Below are positions 1 to 10,324 of a DNA stretch of 64,000 nt, in pieces. This DNA is from Candidatus Woesearchaeota archaeon (GTDB lineage Archaea > Nanobdellota > Nanobdellia > Woesearchaeales > UBA583): assembly GCA_027858315.1 (NCBI GenBank), contig JAQICV010000064.1, positions 4,971 to 68,970 of the forward strand, in the 5' to 3' direction. The notes beneath the pieces are model-generated. The model was given only the letters and a program-made list of their open reading frames with translations, did not search any database and was not told where the DNA came from. How positions within the stretch are numbered: position 1 is the stretch's first letter; each line of letters begins with the position of its first letter. A program made the position numbers and the translations under genes.

Positions 1-91
1 TCTAGTAATTTCAGATTTTAAGTAATCTTGGTAAACTTGGTTTACTAAATGACTAGAAACTTATTTAAATTAAAAAAATACGATTTTATTA

Positions 92-661
92 ATGGTATTC
101 ATGAGATTAAAAACTTCAAAACAAAATTTAGAACAAAAAATAATAAATTCTGATTTTTCACAAATCTCTAAAATTCCTGATATCAAACAAACTTGGTCAT
201 TATTTAAACACTCAAGTTCTAATTATAAAATTTTATTAAGTGATAAATCAGATCTGATTGGTACAAATAATTCTTCTATGACTGAAAACTTTATTGATTA
301 CTTGCAACCCCTATACAAAGCAGAAGAAGAATTTGAGTGTTTAAAAAAATATTGCAATTTAATTGGTCCTACAATCCCTATTTCTTTAGCTTTTAGTATA
401 ATCTCATTATTCGGGACAATGTGTTTTTTAAAAAATCAATCTCAAGAGTCTATGTTTTTATCATCTCTTACAGTAGGTTTTTTATCTTATTTAGGAACAC
501 AAAATTTACTAACATATCCTCAGAAAAAACATTTGAAAAATGAAATAGGATATTTAAAGCAAAAATATTCTCTAGATTATGGCAATGAAGTTTTAGATTC
601 TATATTAAAATATGAAAAAACGCCTAATTCATTATCTTTCCCTTCAAAAGAACCTATTTAA
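92..661 (+). CDS. hypothetical membrane protein
   Basis: 189-aa ORF with two hydrophobic segments (IPISLAFSIISLFGTMCF, LSSLTVGFLSYLG). No recognisable motif. Its 3' end overlaps the convergent polB by 18 nt. Confidence 0.35.
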   Translation: MVFMRLKTSKQNLEQKIINSDFSQISKIPDIKQTWSLFKHSSSNYKILLSDKSDLIGTNNSSMTENFIDYLQPLYKAEEEFECLKKYCNLIGPTIPISLAFSIISLFGTMCFLKNQSQESMFLSSLTVGFLSYLGTQNLLTYPQKKHLKNEIGYLKQKYSLDYGNEVLDSILKYEKTPNSLSFPSKEPI

Positions 662-2947
662 GCTTTTCTGAGATTTGCTTTTTACAACTTCATCAAAATC
701 TATATCTAAATTTTCTAATAAATCATCTGAAACGCCTTTTAACTGCTTCTCAACATAATGTTCATAATCATATTGAGTTTTTTCATCAATCAATTTGATA
801 TGTTTAGGTCCATTTTTCGTCATAATATACTCTACCAATCTCTTGTTAAATTTAGGAAGCTCTCTTGCAGCTTTAACATGAGGTGGAGTCATTTTTGTAT
901 ATTGATACAGGGGTTTAGTAGTCTTTTTTTTGTAAACTAAATCTTCATCATACTCTCCTTTCTTAAGCTTATCAACTTCTTCAAGAATAAATTTTTTAAT
1001 ATCTTCATTGCTAACCTTTGAAAATATTTTATCAATTAAACTAATTTGAAATTTTTTAGCAAGATTTGTCCAATCACCTCTAATTGCTTCAATTCCCACA
1101 TAATCGTAATCTTTCTTAAATTCATCAAATCCCACATACCTCTTTTTTGATGCAATAAAAAAATTCGAATAAAATTTCTCAAATTCAATATTTAAAAAAT
1201 TTTCTTGTCCAAACTCTTCTTCAACCCATTTCTTAAAATATTCATTCAAATCTTTCTCTAAATCTCTTCCCGTACTAATCTTTTCATCAAGTAAACCCAG
1301 TTTACCAGATAACTTAACAAAAATCGAATCAGTATCTCCATAAATAACTTGGTCTCCTCTATCCTCAACAAATTTCTTAGCTTTTTTAATAATAAATCTT
1401 GCAAAAGATGTAATTGCCTCACCAACATCTTTATTGTACAATCTAGACTTAGGACTAGCAACAGCACCATAAAACGAATTCATAGTGGTCTTAAGTGCAA
1501 AACTCTTAACCTCATCTTTTTCCTTTTTCGCAATATCTCTTTCTTTATACAATCTTAATATCAATTCAGGCAAAACTCCTTTATTTTTAATGAATTTAGC
1601 GCCATTAGGGGCTTCAATTTGTCCATTTTCATCATAGGTGAAAGGGTCAATATTAAATGTCATAATAATTGAAGGATAAAGCGATTTAAAATCTAAAACA
1701 TACACATCATCATAAAATCCTTGCACAGGGCTAACAACATAGGCGCCCTCAATTGGTGAAGAAGTAGTATAATTAAAATTTGAAGGCGCAACAAATCCTT
1801 TTTTATGCAATTCTTTAAGGTACATAATGTCTAAAGTTGCAATGGGGGATTTTACTTTTTGAAGAGGAGTATTTGTAATAATGGATCTTTGAGTCATAAG
1901 ATCAAAGAGTTTTAATTTCTCAACAATCTTAGAAACAAGCACAGAATCCTTAAAATTGTATTCAATTAACTTAATGGGGTTCGAATTCAAAAGCTTTCTA
2001 ATTTGTTCTAATTTGTCATCATCGTCATCATTATCTGCATTTTCATCATTTAAATCAATCTTTTCATCCTTTAAAGCCTCTTTAGCAACGGTATCTAACT
2101 TATAATCTTCAAAAGCAATAAAATTAGACTTCAAAATTTGTATGGCGTCCCAAACAAGAATTCCTGAACAAACCATTGTACTGTCTTTAAAAAAGTCTTT
2201 ATTTATCTTTAATTTACTCTCCTGGCCATATTTTGAAAATTTGAAATCTATTGAATACAGCTTCATTCGCTCCTTAATTACTCTAAAATCAAAATCTATA
2301 ACATTCCATCCTATCATAACTTGAGGTTCAAAAACAACAACTTCATTTTTAAATTTCTCTAAAATTTCTGCTTCATTTTCTAACAATTCTACCTTAAAAC
2401 CTTCAAATTTGGTCTTTTCAATGGATTTTAGGTGTTTTTCATCTATTTCTTGAGCATTCACGAAAACTTTATTTGATTTAGAATTATCTGGAGAATATGT
2501 ACTAATCATAATGATTATGTCTTCTTCGCCCTCCCTAATAGTTTCAATGTCTAAACACAGATACTTTAAAATGTTAGTTTTCTTACTTAAATTTGAGATT
2601 TTGACTTCATTTTCTATTAGATATTGATGTTCTGTAATCAAATCTTGCTCATATGTCTCATATTTGTTGTTTCTAGACTCAGAAAGTATAAATTCGTACA
2701 ATTCTTTGTCTTTAACTTCAATTTTTAGCACTTTGTCTGTATTTTTGTTTTTTAATTGGTCATTTGCTAGAATAATCTTATCGCTTTTGATGTTAAGAGC
2801 TTCAAAATCGTTCTTTTTCATATAAATTGTGTATTCTAGGGTGTTTTTTTCATAAATGGTCTGTTTTTGTTCATTTACATAAAAAAAATTTAATTCGATA
2901 TTCTCTTCAGTTTCTTTCTTTTCTATTTGATATAGAAATTTATCCAT
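644..2947 (-). CDS. polB: family B DNA polymerase
   Basis: Exonuclease motifs are present: LDIETI, GWNVIDFDF and YNFKDS. Polymerase motifs are present: DFKSLYPSII, KTTMNSFYG and YGDTDS. Confidence 0.95.
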   Translation of the reverse strand: MDKFLYQIEKKETEENIELNFFYVNEQKQTIYEKNTLEYTIYMKKNDFEALNIKSDKIILANDQLKNKNTDKVLKIEVKDKELYEFILSESRNNKYETYEQDLITEHQYLIENEVKISNLSKKTNILKYLCLDIETIREGEEDIIIMISTYSPDNSKSNKVFVNAQEIDEKHLKSIEKTKFEGFKVELLENEAEILEKFKNEVVVFEPQVMIGWNVIDFDFRVIKERMKLYSIDFKFSKYGQESKLKINKDFFKDSTMVCSGILVWDAIQILKSNFIAFEDYKLDTVAKEALKDEKIDLNDENADNDDDDDKLEQIRKLLNSNPIKLIEYNFKDSVLVSKIVEKLKLFDLMTQRSIITNTPLQKVKSPIATLDIMYLKELHKKGFVAPSNFNYTTSSPIEGAYVVSPVQGFYDDVYVLDFKSLYPSIIMTFNIDPFTYDENGQIEAPNGAKFIKNKGVLPELILRLYKERDIAKKEKDEVKSFALKTTMNSFYGAVASPKSRLYNKDVGEAITSFARFIIKKAKKFVEDRGDQVIYGDTDSIFVKLSGKLGLLDEKISTGRDLEKDLNEYFKKWVEEEFGQENFLNIEFEKFYSNFFIASKKRYVGFDEFKKDYDYVGIEAIRGDWTNLAKKFQISLIDKIFSKVSNEDIKKFILEEVDKLKKGEYDEDLVYKKKTTKPLYQYTKMTPPHVKAARELPKFNKRLVEYIMTKNGPKHIKLIDEKTQYDYEHYVEKQLKGVSDDLLENLDIDFDEVVKSKSQKSLNRFF

Positions 2948-3014
2948 AATTTGATTAATTCTTTCACATTTAAATTAGTTTTCAATTTGTATTTAAACAT
3001 ATATGTTTACTAAT

Positions 3015-3369
3015 AAACAAACGCGTTCATTAATATCTCTTTTTATTGATTAAAGCTCTATTTTTACTCAAAAATATTATTAATTAGTATATTTTTCTAA
3101 TTTTTCATATTTGTTTGTTTTATTGTCTTTAAATCTTATTTTTGAGATTATTTCTAACTTTTTTAACAATTTTAAAGTTAATTATTGATTTCTAGTCATT
3201 TATATTGATTATTGAAAGTTTTAAGTCTTATTTTTCCTTTATTTCTCCAAATAAAACATATTTGTTCGCGTTTGTTTGTTTTAGTTTTTTTTGTTTATTA
3301 TTTAGTTGTCGTTGGTCCTCTAAACATGTATATATTTAATGATTTCAAATTATTTGAAAAACAAACAAA
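3015..3369. repeat. cluster of GTTTGTTT-core repeats in the polB-gatA intergenic region
   Basis: TTTGTTTGTTTT occurs at 3110-3121 and 3271-3282. Its exact reverse complement occurs at 3358-3369. AAACAAACGCG at 3015-3025 is the reverse complement of CGCGTTTGTTT at 3267-3277. A perfect 14-nt palindrome AAACATATATGTTT lies at 2995-3008. Confidence 0.6.
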
Positions 3370-3378
3370 AGAATAAAC

Positions 3379-3387
3379 TTTATATAG
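3379..3387 (+). promoter_or_regulatory. TATA-box-like element for gatA
   Basis: TTTATATAG lies about 29 nt upstream of the ATG at 3408. The same spacing recurs at many genes in this window. Confidence 0.5.
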
Positions 3388-3407
3388 TATTTAGAAATTA
3401 TATTCAT

Positions 3408-4793
3408 ATGGTATTTAATGAAGATATTTGTAAGAAATTAAAGGATTTAAGGTCTGGAAAGCTTTCATGTGTCAAAAATGTTAGCAATTTCTTAGCAAAC
3501 ATTGAAAAAAATAATGAAAAATACAACATTTTTCTTGAAATTAATAAAGATGCATTGAAAAAAGCAGAAGAATTAGACTCTAAATTAAAAAATAAAGGTA
3601 ATTTAGGAACTCTTTTTGGTTTAACATTTGCAGTAAAATCAAATATATCAGTTAAAGGATTAACTATTTCTTGTGCTTCTAAGACTCTTGAGAACTATAA
3701 GGGCACTTTTAATGCAGAAATCATCGAAAAAATCCTAAACGCGGATGGAATTATTATAGGAATCACCAATAATGATGAATTTGCATCAGGATCTTCTGGA
3801 GAGAACTCAGCTTTTGGTAATACTATTAATCCTTCTTCTCCAAACAGGATTCCTGGTGGCTCTTCCTCAGGTTCTGCTGCAGCAGTTGCAGCTGATATGT
3901 GTGACATTGCATTTGGTTCAGATACGGGTGGAAGTATTAGAAATCCAGCATCTCATTGCGGAATCATTGGAATAAAGCCAAGTTATGGTAGAGTATCAAG
4001 ATATGGTTTAGTAGATTTATCGATGAGTTTAGATCAAATCGGTCCATTTTCAAAAGAAGTGTATGGTTCAGCTTTAGTACTAAAAGAAATTGCAGGTTTT
4101 AGTGAAAACGACTCAACAACAGTAGATTTGCCCGTTCAAGACTTTGTAAACTCTAAATCTGAGAGCAAATATAAAATTGGAGTGATTAAAACCTTTAAGA
4201 ATTTGGTAAAAGATAAGGGAATTCAAGATTTAATTGATGACAAAATTGAATCCTTAAAAAAACTAGGCCATGAAATCATAGAAGTTGATATTAAAAATAT
4301 TGATTTAGCAATTCAAGCGTACTATCCAATTGTATACACTGAATTTTACTCTGGAACAAGGAAATTTGATGGAATTAAATTTGGTAAAAAAATTGAAGAT
4401 ACTTGTGGTCCTGAAGTTCTAAGGAGAATCTTGGGAGGAAAAGAGATCTCAAGGTCAGAATATGATGGGGCTTACTATAAAAAATCTCTAAAAGTAAAAG
4501 AGATAATTGCAAAAGAATTTGAAAGAGTATTCAAAGAAGTAGATTTCATTATAACTCCAGTAACTCCTACGCTTCCTCACAAATTTGAAACAAAACTATC
4601 TATTGAGGACATGTACGCATACGATGCTTTCACAATTCCTGCCAATCTTGCTGGAATTTGTGGAGGAGTTGTATCTAAAGATAAAATTGAAGATGAAGGA
4701 GATAAAGTCTCAGTTGGAATTCAAATTCTTGCAGACAAATTTAAAGAAGACAATTTATTCAAAGGATTATACTTACTTGAATCTTTGAATTAA
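3408..4793 (+). CDS. gatA: amidase-signature protein, aspartyl/glutamyl-tRNA amidotransferase subunit A-like
   Basis: Amidase signature GGSSSGSAAAVAADM and GSDTGGSIRNPAS. The start was moved to the ATG at 3408 (MVFNEDI...) because the TATA-like box lies inside the longer ORF-track model starting at 3339. Confidence 0.85.
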   Translation: MVFNEDICKKLKDLRSGKLSCVKNVSNFLANIEKNNEKYNIFLEINKDALKKAEELDSKLKNKGNLGTLFGLTFAVKSNISVKGLTISCASKTLENYKGTFNAEIIEKILNADGIIIGITNNDEFASGSSGENSAFGNTINPSSPNRIPGGSSSGSAAAVAADMCDIAFGSDTGGSIRNPASHCGIIGIKPSYGRVSRYGLVDLSMSLDQIGPFSKEVYGSALVLKEIAGFSENDSTTVDLPVQDFVNSKSESKYKIGVIKTFKNLVKDKGIQDLIDDKIESLKKLGHEIIEVDIKNIDLAIQAYYPIVYTEFYSGTRKFDGIKFGKKIEDTCGPEVLRRILGGKEISRSEYDGAYYKKSLKVKEIIAKEFERVFKEVDFIITPVTPTLPHKFETKLSIEDMYAYDAFTIPANLAGICGGVVSKDKIEDEGDKVSVGIQILADKFKEDNLFKGLYLLESLN

Positions 4794-4844
4794 AATTCTT
4801 AAGAAATTAAAAAACCTTATAAAATCTTATTTTTTAGACTTTTT

Positions 4845-5671
4845 ATGAAAAAAAAAAGAAAATATTTTTTATAATCTTAATTACAATACTCTTAATTGGC
4901 ATTATTTCTTTATCTCTAAAAACTCCTTCAAATAATCGAGATTGGTCTGAAGATCAAAAAACTCTATCCTATGCAAAAATTAATGACAATTTAATTCAGA
5001 TTTACAATATTAGAAATTTCACATATAAAACAACTAAAGACTACACTACTTCTTATTATAATCAAACTTATGACATAGATAAACTTGAAGGACTGGACTA
5101 CATTGTAGAACCATTTTCATCATTTGAAGGTCTAGCACACACATTCCTATCTTTTAAATTTGAAAATGAAACTTACCTTTCAATCTCAGTTGAAATTCGG
5201 AAAGAAAAAAATGAATCATTCTCTCCACTAAAAGGATTATTTAGAAATTTTGAATTAGTATATGTAATTGACGATGAAAAAGATTTAATTAAATTAAGAA
5301 CAAACTATCGTAATGATAGTGTTTACTTGTATCCTGTAAAAATCACAAAAGAAAGTTTACAATTATTATTCCTAGATATGATAAATAGGACAAATCAATT
5401 AAAAGAAAATCTTGAATATTACAATACTTTAACAAACACATGCACAACAAATATTTTAGACCATGTAGACAACATTACCAAAGGAAAGATAAAATACTCT
5501 TATTATGTCTTATTTCCTGGTTATTCGGGTAAATTAATTTATGATATTGGTTTAATTAATACTAGTTTAAGTTTTGATGATGCAAAACAGTATTACAAAA
5601 TTAATGACTTAGCTTTAGCAAACGCAAACTCTAAAGATTTTTCAACAAATATTAGAAAAGAGATAAAATAA
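4845..5671 (+). pseudogene. DUF4105-like (Lnb N-terminal domain-like) membrane-anchored protein, reading frame interrupted at an A10 tract
   Basis: The ATG at 4845 is followed by A10 and reaches a stop after 9 codons. The long open frame (4838-5671) has no ATG/GTG/TTG before the TTG at 5327 but encodes a signal-anchor (IFFIILITILLIGIISLSL). It continues with NRDWSEDQ...GLAHTFLSF...YNTLTNTCTTNI, which is typical of DUF4105. One extra A would fuse the ATG to this frame. Confidence 0.55.
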
Positions 5672-5751
5672 TCCTATTTTTTATCCACAATTTAATTTTT
5701 GGGACAAATTTTCAAATCAAACTACTTAAATAATAGATTTTTAAGTGAAAT

Positions 5752-7491
5752 ATGAAAAAGATAATCATTGTTTTTTTAACAATAATTTTGTTTGGAAAAG
5801 CAATTAATGCTTCAGAAGAATTATACATCAATGAAATCTCATTTTTAAAACCTGAATTCGTTGAGATTTACTCTTCAAACTATCTAAACTTCTCAGAAAA
5901 ACTGTTTTATGATGATGGCGGCATTGATAAGGCGAATACTTTAAAACTAATTAACAACAAAGATTCAAACATTTACTTAATCGTTGGTGATGATTTCTTA
6001 GATGGATATGACATTTCACAAATAAATGCAACAATCTATGAAACTCAAAAATCTGGACTTGGTTATTATGGTCTAAAAGATTCAGGAGAAAATTTTACAA
6101 TAACTCTAAATTCTACTCTAAATTTAATCTGGCCAAACAATCAAGAATATGAATTTGAAGAAAATCAAACTCTAAATTACAATTCCTCTTCGAAAGATTA
6201 TTTTATAGCAAATTCTTCTCCTGGGGAGTTATCTCAGAATTTAAGTTTACCAGTAAACTCAAACATTAATATTACAAATGAATCTATACAAAATATAACT
6301 ACAAATATTTCTTCATGTAATTTTTCATTTAAAATAATTCCTTATAAAAATTTAACATTTGATAAAATTGAATTTGAATTTGAAACAAATATTTCGGATT
6401 TTCAAATAGAATATTGGATAGAATCGTATTTGGGAAATATTGTAAAAAATAAAAGAAACACGACAAATCTTGATATGAAAACCTACACTCCAAATTCACA
6501 AACAGAACTATATTTCATTAAATCAAATCTATATTTTTTAAACTGTATTTTAAACGATTCAAAATTAATAACTTATTACAATAAAAATCCTATAACTACA
6601 AATTCTGAGGAAAAATCTTCTTCAAGTTCATCTTCTAGCAACGATAATCAAAATAAAATATCTCAATCCTACATTATTATTTTAAATGAACTAGACTTTT
6701 TAAATGGTTCAACAAATGTGTTAAAGTATGAGATTTACAAAGGAAACAGCCAAAAGAGAACAATATATTTTTATTTGAATAAAGAAAAAATAAGTAGTTT
6801 TGAATTAGAGAAATACTCAAAAATAAAAGGTTTAATAGAATTTAAAGAATTTAATTACAACAACACTCTAGTAATTGAAGGACTTGATTTGAAAAAAGAA
6901 TTTAACTTTCTAAGAAATAATTCTCAAAATATTATGCCTGCTAAAAAATCTTTAGCATATTCTCCAAAATTACAAATATTCTCTATCAACAATTCCAAAC
7001 TACATTTCAATATTGCAAATATCTCTCAAAATTTATCTGTCCTTTGTTATGTAAATAACATCCGAACAAAAGTTTCAACTGTATTAAATCTCTCGTCAAA
7101 TAAAAGTTCGTCATATTTTTTAGAAATAAATGATACTAAACTCAAAGAAACAAAAGAGAAAAATTTCAATTTAAAACTGTATTGTAAATACAAGAAACTA
7201 GGTCTAAAAACTTACAACTATCTATCTCAAAATTTCACCTATTCTATTATCCAAAATTCTAATAAGAAAAAAATAAATTCAACTATTTTTGACACTTACA
7301 ATTCCAACTCTATCCAATACATGTCCATTGAAAAAAGTCAAGACTCTATATTAACTTCAAAACCTGATTTAAATATTGAAGAAAATATAACAATTTACAC
7401 TTCAGATAGATCAAACACGAAAAAATCTTCGATATTTTATGTATTTTTAGCTCTTTCTCTTATTGTAATTGTATTTATTGTGCTTTGGTAA
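5752..7491 (+). CDS. secreted surface protein with N-terminal lamin-tail-domain-like segment and C-terminal TM anchor
   Basis: Signal peptide MKKIIIVFLTIILFGKAINA, followed by LYINEISF..PEFVEIYSS (LTD-like). It has roughly 30 N-x-S/T sequons by eye, a poly-Ser tract, and a C-terminal hydrophobic anchor IFYVFLALSLIVIVFIVLW. Confidence 0.6.
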   Translation: MKKIIIVFLTIILFGKAINASEELYINEISFLKPEFVEIYSSNYLNFSEKLFYDDGGIDKANTLKLINNKDSNIYLIVGDDFLDGYDISQINATIYETQKSGLGYYGLKDSGENFTITLNSTLNLIWPNNQEYEFEENQTLNYNSSSKDYFIANSSPGELSQNLSLPVNSNINITNESIQNITTNISSCNFSFKIIPYKNLTFDKIEFEFETNISDFQIEYWIESYLGNIVKNKRNTTNLDMKTYTPNSQTELYFIKSNLYFLNCILNDSKLITYYNKNPITTNSEEKSSSSSSSSNDNQNKISQSYIIILNELDFLNGSTNVLKYEIYKGNSQKRTIYFYLNKEKISSFELEKYSKIKGLIEFKEFNYNNTLVIEGLDLKKEFNFLRNNSQNIMPAKKSLAYSPKLQIFSINNSKLHFNIANISQNLSVLCYVNNIRTKVSTVLNLSSNKSSSYFLEINDTKLKETKEKNFNLKLYCKYKKLGLKTYNYLSQNFTYSIIQNSNKKKINSTIFDTYNSNSIQYMSIEKSQDSILTSKPDLNIEENITIYTSDRSNTKKSSIFYVFLALSLIVIVFIVLW

Positions 7492-7497
7492 TCAATT

Positions 7498-9582
7498 TTA
7501 AACGATTAATTTAACATCTACCAAATAAATCCCTTTATCGCTACAAATAACTGGATTTAAATCTACTTCTTTAATCAAAGGAAATGTTTCTTGTAAATAA
7601 GAAATTCTAATTAATATCTCATAAAGATGTTCGAAGTGAATTGGCCTTGTCCCCCTGAATCCATTTAATCCCTTGTAAGCTCTAGAACTCTTAACAAGTG
7701 CTTCTGAAGAGGTTTTAGTCAAAGGACAAGTTGCAAAATTCACATCATTAAACAAACTAACATATGTTCCTCCCATTCCAAACATAATAAAATTACCTAA
7801 ATTATCCTCAGACTTCAAACCAATAATGGTTTCAAATCCTTTAACTTCTTCTTCTAAGGTAATTGTGAAATCTTTTATTTTTTTTGAAATTTTATCAAAC
7901 ATCTCAATTGTTCTATCTTTAAAATTTTCAGAATCAATATTAAATTCTACTCCACCCAAATCAATTTTATGAATTGCAGACTTAGAATCAACTTTTAAAA
8001 TAAATTTTTTATTTGAACTTATCTTAGTGGAAAGAACTTCATCTATATCTTTAAAAACTATTTTTTCAGGAAGATTAATTTTTAAAATATCCATAATCTT
8101 TTTCGTTAATTCAAAATCTAAAAGTCCCTTCTTATTCTCTAAAATTTTATTAACCTCTTTTACTTTGGTATTAGAAAATTTATATTTGGCATTCTTATTA
8201 ATATACTCAAAGCAATTATAATCTAATAATTTTTTCATACTCTTAATTACATCAGAAGGAGTAAAAAAACTTGCAACTCCATTATCATCAAAATATTTAG
8301 TAGCTTCAAAAATTTCTTTAGAACCCAAAAAAGAAACATAAATAGTTTTCTTACTCTTCTTTGAGATCTTAGCAATATTTTTTGCAATTTCAAGTGAGTC
8401 CGTCATCATCTGCGGAGTTAATAAAATTAAAATATTTGAAACATCTTTAATTTTTTCAATCTCTTCTAAAGCACTAGTGTATCTATCTGATTTTGCATCA
8501 CCTAAAATATCAATAGGATTATTAAGTGAACCTTCCTTAGGTAAGAAATCAAATTTAACTTTTTGTTCATTAGATAATTTATACAATTCTAAATTATTCT
8601 CTACTGCAAAATCTGTAGCAATAACTCCTGGACCTCCAGCGTTTGTTAAAATAATTAGTTTATTATTCACAGGCAAATTTGTTTTCAAACCAATTAAAGT
8701 ATTAAACAATTCATTAAGTGTATTAACTAAAATACCATTACTCTCATTAATTGCAGTTTTAACTAAAATATTATCTTGAGCCAAACTTCCAGTATGTGAC
8801 CCAATTGCAGCTTTTGCAGAATCAGAATTTCCTGGCTTAATAATAATTACTGGTTTAGTCTTTGAAACTTCTCGCAAAACTTTTTGAAATTCTTTCCCGT
8901 TCTCAAGCGTTTCCATGTAAAAAACTATAGCTTTAGTTTTTTTATCATCTTTTAAATACTTAAGAATTGAGAGTTCATTAACTCCAGCCATATTTCCTAA
9001 ACTAATAATTTTGGAAAATCCTATGTTTTGTTTAAAACTCCAATCGATAATTGCATCAATAACTGCTCCACTCTGGGAGATAAGTGCAACATCACCATTT
9101 TTCGGAATATCTTTTGCAAAAGAACAATTTAATCCAATATCTGAATTTAAAATTCCCAAACAATTAGGTCCAACTAAATTAATCTCATTTTCTAAAACAA
9201 TTTTTTTAATTTTCTCTTCTCTAATTCTTCCCTCTTCTCCAGTTTCTTTAAATCCTGCAGAAATAATAACTACATTTTTAATATTAGCTTTGATACAATC
9301 TTTCAAAGAATTAATAACATAATCTTTAGGAATTGCAATAATTGCTAAATCAACACTAGATTTAATTTCTATAATATTAGTATATGCTCTAACTTCTTGT
9401 ATTTTTTCAAATTTAACACTAATAGGATAAATATTAAGTCCGGACAACTTTTTAATATTAGAAAAAATAAATCCTCCAATTTTACTAACATCATTAGAAG
9501 CACCAATAACTGCAATAGATTTAGGATAAAAGAGTTTATCTAAACTTTTATCAGAATTTACATTTAAAACTTTTTGAATCAT
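7498..9582 (-). CDS. acd: ADP-forming acetyl-CoA synthetase (acetate--CoA ligase), fused alpha/beta subunits
   Basis: CoA-binding N-terminus (KSIAVIGASND, GPNCLG), succinyl-CoA-ligase-like middle region, and C-terminal ATP-grasp. The ATG at 9582 is preceded by AGGAG; the ORF-track start at 9594 is a GTG. Confidence 0.85.
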   Translation of the reverse strand: MIQKVLNVNSDKSLDKLFYPKSIAVIGASNDVSKIGGFIFSNIKKLSGLNIYPISVKFEKIQEVRAYTNIIEIKSSVDLAIIAIPKDYVINSLKDCIKANIKNVVIISAGFKETGEEGRIREEKIKKIVLENEINLVGPNCLGILNSDIGLNCSFAKDIPKNGDVALISQSGAVIDAIIDWSFKQNIGFSKIISLGNMAGVNELSILKYLKDDKKTKAIVFYMETLENGKEFQKVLREVSKTKPVIIIKPGNSDSAKAAIGSHTGSLAQDNILVKTAINESNGILVNTLNELFNTLIGLKTNLPVNNKLIILTNAGGPGVIATDFAVENNLELYKLSNEQKVKFDFLPKEGSLNNPIDILGDAKSDRYTSALEEIEKIKDVSNILILLTPQMMTDSLEIAKNIAKISKKSKKTIYVSFLGSKEIFEATKYFDDNGVASFFTPSDVIKSMKKLLDYNCFEYINKNAKYKFSNTKVKEVNKILENKKGLLDFELTKKIMDILKINLPEKIVFKDIDEVLSTKISSNKKFILKVDSKSAIHKIDLGGVEFNIDSENFKDRTIEMFDKISKKIKDFTITLEEEVKGFETIIGLKSEDNLGNFIMFGMGGTYVSLFNDVNFATCPLTKTSSEALVKSSRAYKGLNGFRGTRPIHFEHLYEILIRISYLQETFPLIKEVDLNPVICSDKGIYLVDVKLIV

Positions 9583-9716
9583 AAAATAAAACACTCCTAG
9601 TTTAATAAAAAATTCTATTGTAATTTGAAAGTGGTTTTTTTTAAAGATACTAACTTTTATAAACAGATTTGCGTTTTTATTAGTATAATACGAATCAATT
9701 TCGAGGAGAATTTAAG

Positions 9717-10259
9717 ATGTTAATTAAAAAAAGAACAAAAATATCCAGACAAAGAGGCTCAAGTGGTCACGGTTGGGGACACAAGAAAAAACATAGAGGA
9801 GCAGGACATAGAGGTGGAAAAGGACTCGCTGGTACTGGTGCAAGAGGAGATCAAAGAAAATCTGCAGTTCTTAGTGGAGCGAGTAGTTTTTTAAAAATTG
9901 TATCTGCTCAAAAAGGAGTTACATTAAAATCTCTAGCTAAAAACTACATGCATTTTGGTAAAAAAGGATTCAAATCACTCCATAAAGTTACTAATGATGT
10001 TTTATCATTAAATTACATTGAAACTAATTTTGATAAAATGGTTGATACTGGTTTAATCTTAAAAGAAAAAACTGAATTTGTATTTGATGCAACAAGTGCG
10101 GGATACGATAAAATTTTAGGAAGAGGTAAATTTTCTAAAAAAGTAACTATCATTGTTGATCAAATTTCAGAAATTGCAAAACAAAGAGTAGAAGAAGCAG
10201 GTGGAAAAGTTATTCTTCCTGCAGAAGACAAAATTGAAAAAACACCTTCTGAAGAGTAA
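9717..10259 (+). CDS. rpl15p: 50S ribosomal protein uL15
   Basis: N-terminus RGSSGHGWGHKKKHRGAGHRGGKGLAGTG is characteristic of L15. GAGGAG lies upstream of the ATG. Confidence 0.9.
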   Translation: MLIKKRTKISRQRGSSGHGWGHKKKHRGAGHRGGKGLAGTGARGDQRKSAVLSGASSFLKIVSAQKGVTLKSLAKNYMHFGKKGFKSLHKVTNDVLSLNYIETNFDKMVDTGLILKEKTEFVFDATSAGYDKILGRGKFSKKVTIIVDQISEIAKQRVEEAGGKVILPAEDKIEKTPSEE

Positions 10260-10324
10260 AATATCCTTTTCATTTTTCTTGAATAATAAAGAATTTTTAT
10301 AAAAAGTTTCTATAATAAGACCTT

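Noticed and set aside
6610-6650. Repetitive TCT/TCA/AGC stretch that looks like a nucleotide repeat.
   Set aside because: It is simply the coding sequence of a poly-serine tract inside the surface protein gene, not an independent repeat element or CRISPR-like array.
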